Assembly: GCA_965116925.1 (NCBI GenBank)
Contig: OZ220744.1
Span: 4,800,001-4,864,000 of the forward strand
DNA: 64,000 bases
Reading direction: 5' to 3'
DNA from: Candidatus Poribacteria bacterium
GTDB lineage: Bacteria > Poribacteria > WGA-4E > PCPOR2b
Part shown: positions 28,435 through 37,832 of the stretch, one piece after another
How the letters are laid out: each line of letters begins with the position of its first letter
How positions within the stretch are numbered: the stretch's first letter is position 1
Position numbers and translations under genes: made by a program
The notes under the pieces: generated by a model
Told to the model about the DNA's origin: nothing
What the model saw: the letters and a program-made list of their open reading frames with translations, nothing else
Database searches by the model: none

Positions 28435-28977
28435 GTGGAGTATTCACGCTTAAATCTGTTAGTAACTGCAATTAGTTGTTTAGCTGTTTTAGCACTGCCC
28501 CTCCTCGTCGCAGGATGTGGCGATAGTGGTGATGATGACGATGACATGAATGGCGATGTCGTTGCACCCGATCCGGAGCCTGTCTCGGAGCCGACACCAC
28601 AACTGGAACAACAGCCGCAACCGGAGCCGCTGCCTCAACAACAACCGGACCAACAACCCGAACGCCAACCCGAGCAACAACCACCACCTCAACCGGAGCC
28701 GCCACCCGGAGTTTCGTTCCAGGAAGACATTTTACCGATCCTTCAAGCGAGTTGTGCTGTCCCTGGATGCCATGCTGCCCCCAATCCACCGAAAGGGCTC
28801 AATTTGGAGACGTACGCAGGCTTTGAGAGAGGTGGCGTATTTAACCCCGGAGATAGCAAGGGAAGTGTGGTTATCCAGCGGATTGATGGCGGTGGTATGC
28901 CGCCGGGCGCACCGTTGGCTGATGACCAAATCCAACTCTTCAAAGATTGGATCGATGAGGGTGCAGAAAACAATTAA
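28435..28977 (+). CDS. Planctomycete-type cytochrome c lipoprotein with Pro/Gln linker
   Basis: GTG start after AAGGAG; lipobox VAGC; VSF..DILPIL...CAVPGCH, MPP, WIDEGA. Confidence 0.82.
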   Translation: MEYSRLNLLVTAISCLAVLALPLLVAGCGDSGDDDDDMNGDVVAPDPEPVSEPTPQLEQQPQPEPLPQQQPDQQPERQPEQQPPPQPEPPPGVSFQEDILPILQASCAVPGCHAAPNPPKGLNLETYAGFERGGVFNPGDSKGSVVIQRIDGGGMPPGAPLADDQIQLFKDWIDEGAENN

Positions 28978-29002
28978 GGAACATCAACATACACCCACTC
29001 TA

Positions 29003-29031
29003 GGTCGGGGGAGCAATCTCCCGGCCTTTTT
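29003..29031 (+). terminator. Intrinsic terminator
   Basis: GGTCGGGGGA-GCAA-TCTCCCGGCC-TTTTT. Confidence 0.8.
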
Positions 29032-29077
29032 CATATCGTAACCGATCCCCTGCCTTGAGTCAATGAGATAATCGTAT

Positions 29078-29959
29078 CTATCCCATTGCTTCAAGCCTCC
29101 GCACCAACGTCTCCCCAATCGTCGCGGGGCTTTCAGCGACAGCGATGCCAGCCGCTTCCAACACTTCAATCTTCTCCGCCGCCGTGCCGTGTCCGCCGGA
29201 GATAATCGCCCCGGCATGTCCCATCCGCTTGCCGGGTGGTGCTGTCTGTCCGGCGATAAAGCTGATGACCGGTTTGGTCATGTTTTCTTTCACAAATTGA
29301 GCCGCTGTTTCCTCCGCAGTGCCACCGATTTCACCGATCATGAGCACCGCTTCTGTATCCGTATCCGCTTCAAACAACGCTAACACATCAACAAAATTTG
29401 TACCGATGACCGGATCACCGCCGATGCCGACGCAAGTAGATTGCCCCATCCCCAGCTTGGTCACCTGATCTACGGCTTCATACGTCAATGTCCCGCTGCG
29501 GGAAACGATGCCGATTTTGCCGGGGCGATGAATGTAGCCGGGCATAATCCCAATTTTGCATTCGCCGGGCGTGATGACACCGGGGCAGTTTGGCCCAATC
29601 AACCGTGTTGACTTGTCCTCCAAATACCTTTTGGCTTTTACCATATCAAGGGCAGGGATGCCTTCCGTAATACAGATAACCAACCGGATGCCCGCATCGG
29701 CAGCTTCCATAATCGAATCTGCGGCGTCAAACCTCGCCGGCACAAAGATGACGGATACCTCCGCCCCTGCCCCCAGAACCGCTTCGGAAACGGTATCGAA
29801 AACGGGGATACCATCAACATCTGAGCCACCCCTGCCGGGGGTAACGCCTGCAACGATTTTTGTGCCGTACTCCACGCACTGCTGCGTATGGAATCGTCCG
29901 GATCGACCGGTAATCCCTTGAACAACCACTTTTGTATCTTTATTTACCAAAATGCTCAT
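29078..29959 (-). CDS. sucD: Succinyl-CoA synthetase alpha subunit
   Basis: [34 protein letters not shown]. Confidence 0.97.
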   Translation of the reverse strand: MSILVNKDTKVVVQGITGRSGRFHTQQCVEYGTKIVAGVTPGRGGSDVDGIPVFDTVSEAVLGAGAEVSVIFVPARFDAADSIMEAADAGIRLVICITEGIPALDMVKAKRYLEDKSTRLIGPNCPGVITPGECKIGIMPGYIHRPGKIGIVSRSGTLTYEAVDQVTKLGMGQSTCVGIGGDPVIGTNFVDVLALFEADTDTEAVLMIGEIGGTAEETAAQFVKENMTKPVISFIAGQTAPPGKRMGHAGAIISGGHGTAAEKIEVLEAAGIAVAESPATIGETLVRRLEAMG

Positions 29960-29976
29960 TTTAATTCCTTGTTTAC

Positions 29977-29999
29977 GGCACGCGGAGCGTGCCTACTAC
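29977..29999 (-). repeat. GTAG-type REP GTAGTAGGCACGCTCCGCGTGCC
   Basis: GTAG plus hairpin; related copies near 18888 and 22111-22137. Confidence 0.75.
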
Positions 30000-30005
30000 G
30001 GTTTT

Positions 30006-30713
30006 CTAAAAGAGTGTAAGCTGCTTTTCCACTTCAATCTGTTTGTTGGGCAGGGAAATCTGCCCCGCTGCTGCTTGATGTGCGTATCTCGTGGTTTCGG
30101 GCAGCCTGTACCGCTGACAACAGGCGAGCGTCAACCGAATTGCTGAATCTAGGGAGATCCGATGCCCAACCGAAATGTAAACAACGCTGACGTTGGACCG
30201 TGTACGAACTGCTGCACCGATAATTTCAGCATTGTCGTACAAATATTCAATCGATCCCGCTTCATCTTTGGGTTGTTTGTGTCTGCCCCACAGACGCGAC
30301 TTCGCACACCCCACCGTCGGTTTGTCCAGAATTAATCCCAGATGCGACGCTATTCCAAAACGCCTCGGGTGGGCGATCCCTTGGCCATCAGCGATAATGA
30401 GATCCGGTTCGGTATTAAGTTGAGTAAAGGCTTTGAGAAGGGGAGGGGTTTCGCGGAAAGATAATAGACCGGGTATATAAGGAAAGGAGACAGGACTTTC
30501 AACGAGGACGCCATCAATCAGCTGTAGGTCTGGAAAACTCAAGACAACAACTGACGCACGGGCAATGTCTTGCTTAAACCCAAGATCGACCCCGGCGACT
30601 GTTTTGATGTCACTAAATTGATCTTGGGATATTACCTGATTACGCAGTTCGTTTTGGATCTGGCGTGCTTCAGCGGGAGTTATCTCCCACGGATGGAGCT
30701 GCTGATAATTCAT
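30006..30713 (-). CDS. nfi: Endonuclease V
   Basis: AGVD, FPYIPGLLSFRE, DGQGIAHPRRFGIASHLG, GCAKS, RLPE. Confidence 0.96.
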   Translation of the reverse strand: MNYQQLHPWEITPAEARQIQNELRNQVISQDQFSDIKTVAGVDLGFKQDIARASVVVLSFPDLQLIDGVLVESPVSFPYIPGLLSFRETPPLLKAFTQLNTEPDLIIADGQGIAHPRRFGIASHLGLILDKPTVGCAKSRLWGRHKQPKDEAGSIEYLYDNAEIIGAAVRTRSNVSVVYISVGHRISLDSAIRLTLACCQRYRLPETTRYAHQAAAGQISLPNKQIEVEKQLTLF

Positions 30714-31232
30714 GGATGAACCACCGATTTATGGATAGCTTTTTCGCTTACACATCGCTGCGATAGGGTCAACCTTGCGAAGGTTTGGAACCGTCAATTC
30801 CGAGTTGGCAGAGAGGTAAGGACAAATAGCAAAACTGTATAATATGCTACCCATAAGGGGGTTCAAGTGTCAAGTTTTTTCTCCATGTTTTGGTCTAACG
30901 TGCGGTGCTTAGAGATTAATTGAATACCGGCAAAAACAGTTGAAAGCAGCAGGTATCCGCCTGCGATTCCTATGAGAGAGCAAGCAACTCCTAAGATGAT
31001 TCCAATACTATTAAGCATTATTTATTCTCCAATATCGATTTTTAGATTTTGATTTCCAATTTACTATCTGAGCATAAAGCACTGTTTGACATCCATATAC
31101 GGAAAAACTCAATTTCAGTTTCGGACTTAATCGGCAATTGTTGTGTATATGCTAATTTTACCGTTGCGAAACGCTAACGATTCTGTTATGATGTTTTTGG
31201 TTAAACAACACAACCGGTGGAACAGGAGTTCT

Positions 31233-32714
31233 ATGAACCAGAAACCTAACATCATCTTCATTATGCCCGATCAGCTGCGTACCGATTTCCTCAGTTGCTA
31301 CGGTGCTGACTTCATTGACACCCCTCACATCGATGCGCTCGGGGCGCAAGGGGTTCGCTATAATCGTGCTTACTCGGAGCATCCGGTATGCGTTCCGGCA
31401 CGCGTCGCGCTCATGACCGGCATGAACGGTCTCAAGACTGGCGTACTTGACAACGGTCAGTTCTTACGCCCTGATTACCGAGCGTGCGGATTGGCGACGT
31501 GGCCCGAACTACTTAACGCACACGATTACTACACCATCGCCGTCGGCAAGATGCACTTTTACCCTTGGGAGAAGCGTCTGGGCTTCCAGCGCAGGATCAT
31601 TGCTGAAGACAAACTTTGGGGCTATATTCAGGACGACTATGACCACCTTCTCAAAGCCCACGGCTATATCAAGAACGCTTTCTTCGATGAGCCTGACTAT
31701 CACAAGAATTTCGGTGCCTTGATTAGCCCCATCCCGTGGGAATACTCGGTTGACCACTTCGTTGGCAACGAGGCGGCAAAATGGATTGAGGGGTACAATG
31801 GCGACCAACCCTTTGCTATGATGGTCGGCTTCCCGGGACCGCACAACCCGTACGATCCTGCGCCGGAATACGCGACCTTTCGACCTGAAGATATGCCCGA
31901 ACCGCTCTCAGCTGTCCCAGAAGACACGAAATTGATGCAACCGAGGCGACCCTCCCGTTCCGAATCATCCCAGAAATCGTGGTACGCTATTCAGAACGAA
32001 AATAGTCCAACACACGAGCATTACATGCTGCAGCGTGCCTACTATGCCGGATTGGTTAAACAGATTGACTACGAAGTCGGCTGTATTGTCGAGGCGTTGA
32101 ACCAAAAAGACATCCGAGACAACACCGTGATTATTTTCGCCTCTGATCACGGAGATTACTTGGGAGACCACGGACTCAGCGGCAAAGCCTCCTATTACGA
32201 AGCTGCCTGTCATGTTCCGATGTTGGTGAGCCATCCGGAGTTCCAAGAAACTATTATCTGCGAAGACCTTGTCACGCTTACCGATGTCACTGCTACCATA
32301 CTAAGTCTAGCAGGCTGCAAGATTCCTGCCTACATGGATGCCACGCCGCTGCCCGGACTCGGAATTGCGAATGAAGTTAGTAGAGACGCTATTATGGGGC
32401 TGTTGCACAACGGTTGGATGTGGTTCGATGGCACATGGAAGCTGTGTAAATACGCTCAGGGGGTGCACCTGTTTAACCTCACAGATGACCCAGACGAGCA
32501 GCACAACTTGGCGTATGACCCCCAAGCCGCTGATGTACTCCACCGCATGGATGCCGAACTGACGGCAGAAGTGATGCGTCTGACGACTGAGGCATTCTTC
32601 CCACAACGTACCTATACCTATAGTTATTCTAGCAGCCCAGACTTTGGTCGCGTCGGTTGGGAGAGAACTTACCCTATGCCTTGGGAACAGATCTATCCTG
32701 AAACAGACGATTGA
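31233..32714 (+). CDS. Sulfatase (S1, Cys type)
   Basis: PNIIFIMPDQ, CVPAR..LMTG, GKMH, SDHG; start after AGGAG. Confidence 0.93.
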   Translation: MNQKPNIIFIMPDQLRTDFLSCYGADFIDTPHIDALGAQGVRYNRAYSEHPVCVPARVALMTGMNGLKTGVLDNGQFLRPDYRACGLATWPELLNAHDYYTIAVGKMHFYPWEKRLGFQRRIIAEDKLWGYIQDDYDHLLKAHGYIKNAFFDEPDYHKNFGALISPIPWEYSVDHFVGNEAAKWIEGYNGDQPFAMMVGFPGPHNPYDPAPEYATFRPEDMPEPLSAVPEDTKLMQPRRPSRSESSQKSWYAIQNENSPTHEHYMLQRAYYAGLVKQIDYEVGCIVEALNQKDIRDNTVIIFASDHGDYLGDHGLSGKASYYEAACHVPMLVSHPEFQETIICEDLVTLTDVTATILSLAGCKIPAYMDATPLPGLGIANEVSRDAIMGLLHNGWMWFDGTWKLCKYAQGVHLFNLTDDPDEQHNLAYDPQAADVLHRMDAELTAEVMRLTTEAFFPQRTYTYSYSSSPDFGRVGWERTYPMPWEQIYPETDD

Positions 32715-32785
32715 TTTGAAGGCACTATGCTCGGCCGATCTGCGTGCAGTTCAACGCACCAAACCATCGCAAAAGACAAAACGTA

Positions 32786-33286
32786 ATGAGTCGAGCTCCT
32801 TTTCAGGTATTAGTTCTTCCATATAGAATCACACCAAATAATGAAGTGCTTTACGCGCTTTTTAAGCGCGATCCCTCATCAGGTGGTTATTGGCAGGGAA
32901 TTGCTGGTGGCGGAAAAAACAGCGAATCTCCATTGGAAGCTGCAAAAAGGGAAACCCTTGAAGAAGCCGGTATTGATCGAAGTAATGAATATATTAAACT
33001 TGATTCCTGTGCGATGATTCCTGTTGTAAACGTATGCGGTTTTAGATGGGGTAAAGATGTTCTGGTTATTCCGGAACGTTGTTTTGGAGTAAAAATTGAA
33101 GAGGAACAATTACAGCTATCCCCTGAACATACGGAGTATAAATGGTTGGATTATAGCCATGCCATGGAAATTTTGTATTGGGATAGTAATAAGTGTGCAT
33201 TGTGGGAATTAAACCATAGAATCAACAGAAAAATGTTGGAAATTTCCGAGGAGGAAAGCACACGTGCCCAGCACAATCGGCATTGA
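32786..33286 (+). CDS. NUDIX hydrolase
   Basis: WQGIAGGG..SESPLEAAKRETLEEAG, LSPEHTEYKW; AT-rich. Confidence 0.88.
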   Translation: MSRAPFQVLVLPYRITPNNEVLYALFKRDPSSGGYWQGIAGGGKNSESPLEAAKRETLEEAGIDRSNEYIKLDSCAMIPVVNVCGFRWGKDVLVIPERCFGVKIEEEQLQLSPEHTEYKWLDYSHAMEILYWDSNKCALWELNHRINRKMLEISEEESTRAQHNRH

Positions 33287-35297
33287 TACCGGTGGCACTT
33301 TTACGGACCTAGTCGCAATTTCAGTTGATGGTGCTGTGCAAGTTGCCAAACATCCTTCCACGCCGGAAGCACCGATGCGTGCGTTCTTGGGGGTGCTAGA
33401 GAAATCAGAGATACCGTTTGAGGCAATCGAACGTATCGTGCACGGAACAACCGTTGCGACTAACGCCATTCTTCAGCGGACCGGAGCAAATGTCCTGTTT
33501 ATCACCACAGCTGGATTCGAGGATGTCCCGTTCATCCAACGGATCAATCGAAAGAAGGAGTATGATCTGCATTGGCTCAAGCCGGAGCCGCTGGTGAAGC
33601 GGCGGAACTGCCTCGGTGTGAAGGAACGGATTAACGCCCAAGGAGAGGTCGTCGTGCCTCTGACCGCTGACACGCTTGCCGCGCTAAAGACCGATATTGA
33701 GGCGCGGCTGCAAAACCGAGCGGTTGAAGCGATTGCCCTATGTCTGCTCTTTTCGTACATTAACCCCACTCACGAACTGGAGGTAGGCAGATTTCTGGAG
33801 GAAGTATTTCCGCACATCCCCATCTCCCTATCGCATCAGGTAGCCCCGATCTGGCGAGAATACGAGCGGTCTAGCACCCTCTTGGCTGATGCCTTTGTCA
33901 AACCACTGATCCAAAGTTACTGCCACAACATCGGAACCGCTTTGGAAGACAATGGGATCAAAGGTCCCTGTTCATTTCTCAAATCCGATGGCGGAACCAC
34001 ACTTCTCACCAATGCGCCTGAACGTCCTGTTGATATCTTACTATCAGGCTTGGCTGGCGGCATCGTCGGGGGGAAATACTTCGCAGAAACGGCGGGATTC
34101 CAAAACGCAATTACCCTCGATATGGGCGGCACTAGCTGCGATGTCGGTTTGGTGCTTGATGGGGAGCAGCAGTTTACCACAGCCTTCGAGATCGAATGGG
34201 GACTTCCCGTCGCAATTCCTATCATTGAAGTTCGCACGTTGGGGGCGGGAGGCGGTTCCATCGCTTGGATTGATAAAGGGGGAATGCTGAACGTTGGACC
34301 TGAGAGCGCCGGGGCGGTGCCGGGGCCCGCTTGCTACGGGACAGGTGGGACGCAAGCCACAGTGACCGACGCAAACTTGGTGTTGGGACGTCTCAACCCT
34401 AGCTTCTTCCTCGGTGGAGAGTTACCGCTCTATCCCGCGCTGGCTAAAGAAGCGATCAAAAAACTGGCGAATCGTATGGGTGTTTCTGCACAGGAGGCAG
34501 CCACAGCCATCGTCGAAATCGCCGATGAAAACATGACCAACGCTATCCGCTTACTGACCATTGAACGGGGGATCGATCCTCGCGACTTCGCGCTCGTGGC
34601 GTTTGGCGGTGCAGGTCCCCTCCATGCAGTCGCAATCGCCAAAAAATTGGGGATCCAAACCGTTGTCGTGCCACCCCATCCAGGGCTATGCTCTGCTTTT
34701 GGTGCTGCCATCTCCGAACTTCGTGTCGAAAAGGTTCACACCTTTGCTGCGCGAGACCCAGATGTTACCGACAGCGACCTCCAAGCGCGATTTGCCCCTA
34801 TGCGACTGGAAGCGAGAGAGGAGCTTGAGCGGGAGGGTGTGCGAGGGGAGCCACGGGAGACGTTGTTTATCAGTATGCGGTATTATCAGCAGAACTACGA
34901 ACAGGATATTGCGTATCGTTCGGAGGAGGGTTTACGGGGGGCGATTAGTCGTTTCCACGAGCGGCATCATCAATTTTACGGGTATCACTTCGAGGATGAG
35001 ACGATAGAACTGGTACACCTGAAGGTCTCCATCTCTGAAGCTGCACAGCATCCGAAGATTAACTTGGCAGCAACTTCCGAAGCCGCCCAGCATAATGCCC
35101 CACGTCGCGTTTACGAATCCGCAACCCACACCGTGCAGATGCCCGTTTATCGGCGGGATGGGTTACCGGTAGGTTCGCGGTTTTCCGGTCCAGCGGTTAT
35201 CGAAGAGATTGATTCGACAACGTTCATACCGTCCGGCACAGAACTGAAACTTGATGAAAACTACAATCTCATTCTTACTTTGATTCAGGATGGTTAA
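33264..35297 (+). CDS. Hydantoinase A / 5-oxoprolinase family subunit
   Basis: DTGGTFTD, HGTTVATNA, DMGGTS, GAGGGS, PGPACY, FGGAG. Confidence 0.94.
   Translation: MPSTIGIDTGGTFTDLVAISVDGAVQVAKHPSTPEAPMRAFLGVLEKSEIPFEAIERIVHGTTVATNAILQRTGANVLFITTAGFEDVPFIQRINRKKEYDLHWLKPEPLVKRRNCLGVKERINAQGEVVVPLTADTLAALKTDIEARLQNRAVEAIALCLLFSYINPTHELEVGRFLEEVFPHIPISLSHQVAPIWREYERSSTLLADAFVKPLIQSYCHNIGTALEDNGIKGPCSFLKSDGGTTLLTNAPERPVDILLSGLAGGIVGGKYFAETAGFQNAITLDMGGTSCDVGLVLDGEQQFTTAFEIEWGLPVAIPIIEVRTLGAGGGSIAWIDKGGMLNVGPESAGAVPGPACYGTGGTQATVTDANLVLGRLNPSFFLGGELPLYPALAKEAIKKLANRMGVSAQEAATAIVEIADENMTNAIRLLTIERGIDPRDFALVAFGGAGPLHAVAIAKKLGIQTVVVPPHPGLCSAFGAAISELRVEKVHTFAARDPDVTDSDLQARFAPMRLEAREELEREGVRGEPRETLFISMRYYQQNYEQDIAYRSEEGLRGAISRFHERHHQFYGYHFEDETIELVHLKVSISEAAQHPKINLAATSEAAQHNAPRRVYESATHTVQMPVYRRDGLPVGSRFSGPAVIEEIDSTTFIPSGTELKLDENYNLILTLIQDG
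35241..35290 (+). repeat. Direct repeat copy 1 (hydantoinase 3' end)
   Basis: 43/50 identical to 36001-36050. Confidence 0.93.
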
Positions 35298-35415
35298 TTG
35301 GTAGGTTTCTTAATTGAATCCGACTTCAGATCCTTTTGATTTTCTTGTTACAATCATGTTATACTAAGGGCAAACATGGAGCACCGGCGAGATAATAGAA
35401 AGAAAGGATTGAATT

Positions 35416-35652
35416 ATGCAGCAGCAAAATAGCAGAGGACAATTGTCCCACTATTCCAATCAAGGACATATCATTCGGTTTGAACCGGAACATGCGACTG
35501 AGGGATTTTATCTGATTCTGAATACAGGACAGGCAGGTTGCTTACCCAATAATACCTACATTGTTGGACAGCATCACGTCGAAGCATTAAAGAAAGCAGA
35601 TATTCCTTTTCGATTAATCAAAAAATCGGATTTGAATCCCAAAATAGGTTAG
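35416..35652 (+). CDS. Small hypothetical protein, first gene of a two-gene cassette
   Basis: 78 aa, AAGGA RBS, upstream TTGATT-N18-TATACT. Confidence 0.7.
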   Translation: MQQQNSRGQLSHYSNQGHIIRFEPEHATEGFYLILNTGQAGCLPNNTYIVGQHHVEALKKADIPFRLIKKSDLNPKIG

Positions 35653-35662
35653 CAGATTAATA

Positions 35663-35998
35663 ATGGCATTTTTATACTGTTTTGAAGTTTATCTCCCCCT
35701 AGTTTACAATGATGGGCGAATGATTGAGCCAGAGAAATTTGAACGGATTAAAGAGGAAATTCTCACCCAATTTGGCGGTATTACAATGACCTCTCTATTT
35801 GGGAATCCGATTTACGATGGTTTTTGGACAGAACCCGAAACAGGACACGTTCACCAAGATAAAAATGCTATTTTTACTGTTTTAACGCCGCAGACAGAAG
35901 AGAGCAGACATTTCTTTCTAAATAAAAAAGCAGAATGGGCATCCCAACTCGATCAGAAAGAATTATTGGTTATTGTTCAAGAAGTTCAAGCATTATAA
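35663..35998 (+). CDS. Hypothetical protein (possible ferredoxin/PII-like fold), second gene of cassette
   Basis: 111 aa; LPL.YNDG, FGG.T, G.W, FF...K......Q pattern. Confidence 0.7.
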   Translation: MAFLYCFEVYLPLVYNDGRMIEPEKFERIKEEILTQFGGITMTSLFGNPIYDGFWTEPETGHVHQDKNAIFTVLTPQTEESRHFFLNKKAEWASQLDQKELLVIVQEVQAL

Positions 35999-36000
35999 TG

Positions 36001-36057
36001 GAACTCCACCTTGATGAAAACTACAATCTCATTCTCACCCTGATTCAAGAGAACTGA
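36001..36057 (+). repeat. Direct repeat copy 2: orphan hydantoinase C-terminus ELHLDENYNLILTLIQEN*
   Basis: In-frame equivalent of ELKLDENYNLILTLIQDG*. Confidence 0.92.
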
Positions 36058-37787
36058 CTCGCAATGGAGAGTTTTCGTTCAAACTTACTTTTCATTTTCT
36101 CCCATTCTCGATTAGTACCAAGCAATGCATATATTGACCTGTTTTCAGGTGCTTCTTCTTGAAATTCAATCAAGACTTCCACGGCTTGTTTCCAAAAGTC
36201 ACGCCACATTGCATCAAACGCTTTCTTCTGGGTAAATAAACTATGCTCGTTCAGTTCAGATGTTCTAATATAGATGCTGGCTAACGACAAGGCGTGATAA
36301 CGGTATCTCCTTAGAGAACTGAACCTTTCCCCTCGCTTCGCTAGCTCTTTAGACGCCTCGTCTATTTGCAAATATAATACAATAGCTAGAAGACATTTCT
36401 CAAATTCTTCGTCCGACCATACTTCAGGAACTTGCCCATCTACCCCAAAAGATTTTTCATATGCTCCGCCATCATGACTATAAGTCCAAAGGTGACTTGG
36501 ATTTTTATTTATTAACACAGGATCGTACAAGAAAGCATAACGGATTTTTGCCAAATCTTCTAACTTAATAGATTTTCCTATAGATTTTCCTGCTTGTTGT
36601 TTCCCACCACGCCTACGTATGTAGTGAAGCTTTGTTTCTAAGGTCCCACGCACCTTAAGTCGGTTAAACTTCCTGTAAAGCCATATATGAATATCATCGT
36701 TAGCACGGAAATCGGAAGCCTTTATAATATTTTGGCTATTGTTGTAACGAATAATATCCCGATTTATTCCTTTCTCAGTTTTAACGTCTTCAGCCTTAGT
36801 AAGACGAAAAAGCACATCAATATCAGAATTGAGATCTGATCTAGCAAGCGATCCCACAGTTTGTGCTCCATTAATAATTTGAAAATCGTACGCCGTAAGT
36901 GAATTTTCTTCAAGTTCGTATTGTGTACAGATAGCAGATATACCATTATTGAAGTAGAAATATTCAGCGGGACGATTCTCAATTGTTTGCTTCATTTCTT
37001 TATTGATAGTACCACGAGCCCCTAAATACCCCCGGATATTGTACGTAAACAAAGACTCTTTATGCTCTTTAAACAAGTTGACCAACGCATTGCCCTTAAT
37101 AGCTGCAATAACCGTAGGATATGGATCTCTCTTTTCAAAAAATCTGCCTTCAGGCAGACGCAATTCTACCTTCTCCGGAATAATTTCTTGCAAAGAGAGC
37201 GCTTGTACATATAACTCTTTTAAGGCGGAAAAATCAATGACTTCACATGTAATATTCAGATCTTGATTCTCGTAGCTTTGGGTGCATGTTTGAGTAAGTT
37301 CTACCACACGGTCTGTCAAAGAGGCGGTTGATACAAAATAATAATTAACAGTATATCCATCCTTAAACTTCGCAGCGTAATCTCCCAGCAGATCAAAAGT
37401 ATGGTCGCTCCCGTGCTTACGAACCCATTTTTGCTTCATAAAGTGTTCATGTCGATGAAAAAAATTATTCACCTCATCTCCGTCAATGTTTCTTGGCTTT
37501 GAGAGTCCAGCAAACTTACACTGAATAATCCGTAATATTTTTTGAGCAGAATCCTCAAGCACCACATCTGCTGTAAGATCTCTTGAGTAAGTAATAGATT
37601 CATCTGGGTCAGAATCAACGCCTGGATAAATCTTACAAAATAACCTAGACACCCAAATTTGAAAACTATACCCACGTCTAGCATTATTCCTATAATCCCA
37701 ACCCCGGTCTTTTGCTATATCTTCTGTTCGATCGCGAATAATTTTCCTAAATTCACGAACACTTACTTTTGTCTGAGAATCTAGCAT
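36045..37787 (-). CDS. AIPR-family (abortive infection phage resistance) protein with N-terminal nuclease-like domain
   Basis: LFTYNIRGYLG, FYFNNGIS, QIINGAQT, NNSQN, DFRAND; N-terminal D..AD...IIQCK; AT-rich. Confidence 0.9.
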   Translation of the reverse strand: MLDSQTKVSVREFRKIIRDRTEDIAKDRGWDYRNNARRGYSFQIWVSRLFCKIYPGVDSDPDESITYSRDLTADVVLEDSAQKILRIIQCKFAGLSKPRNIDGDEVNNFFHRHEHFMKQKWVRKHGSDHTFDLLGDYAAKFKDGYTVNYYFVSTASLTDRVVELTQTCTQSYENQDLNITCEVIDFSALKELYVQALSLQEIIPEKVELRLPEGRFFEKRDPYPTVIAAIKGNALVNLFKEHKESLFTYNIRGYLGARGTINKEMKQTIENRPAEYFYFNNGISAICTQYELEENSLTAYDFQIINGAQTVGSLARSDLNSDIDVLFRLTKAEDVKTEKGINRDIIRYNNSQNIIKASDFRANDDIHIWLYRKFNRLKVRGTLETKLHYIRRRGGKQQAGKSIGKSIKLEDLAKIRYAFLYDPVLINKNPSHLWTYSHDGGAYEKSFGVDGQVPEVWSDEEFEKCLLAIVLYLQIDEASKELAKRGERFSSLRRYRYHALSLASIYIRTSELNEHSLFTQKKAFDAMWRDFWKQAVEVLIEFQEEAPENRSIYALLGTNREWEKMKSKFERKLSIASQFS

Positions 37788-37832
37788 ATTACACCTCGTT
37801 AAAAATCGGAATGGTCAATTCGGAAGAAAATT

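Noticed and set aside
30714..31232. Possible RNA gene in the nfi-sulfatase gap
   Set aside because: Only short palindromes and promoter-like hexamers; no coherent transcript unit
35241..37787. Prophage or integrase-driven island
   Set aside because: No integrase or phage genes; the direct repeats enclose only the two small genes
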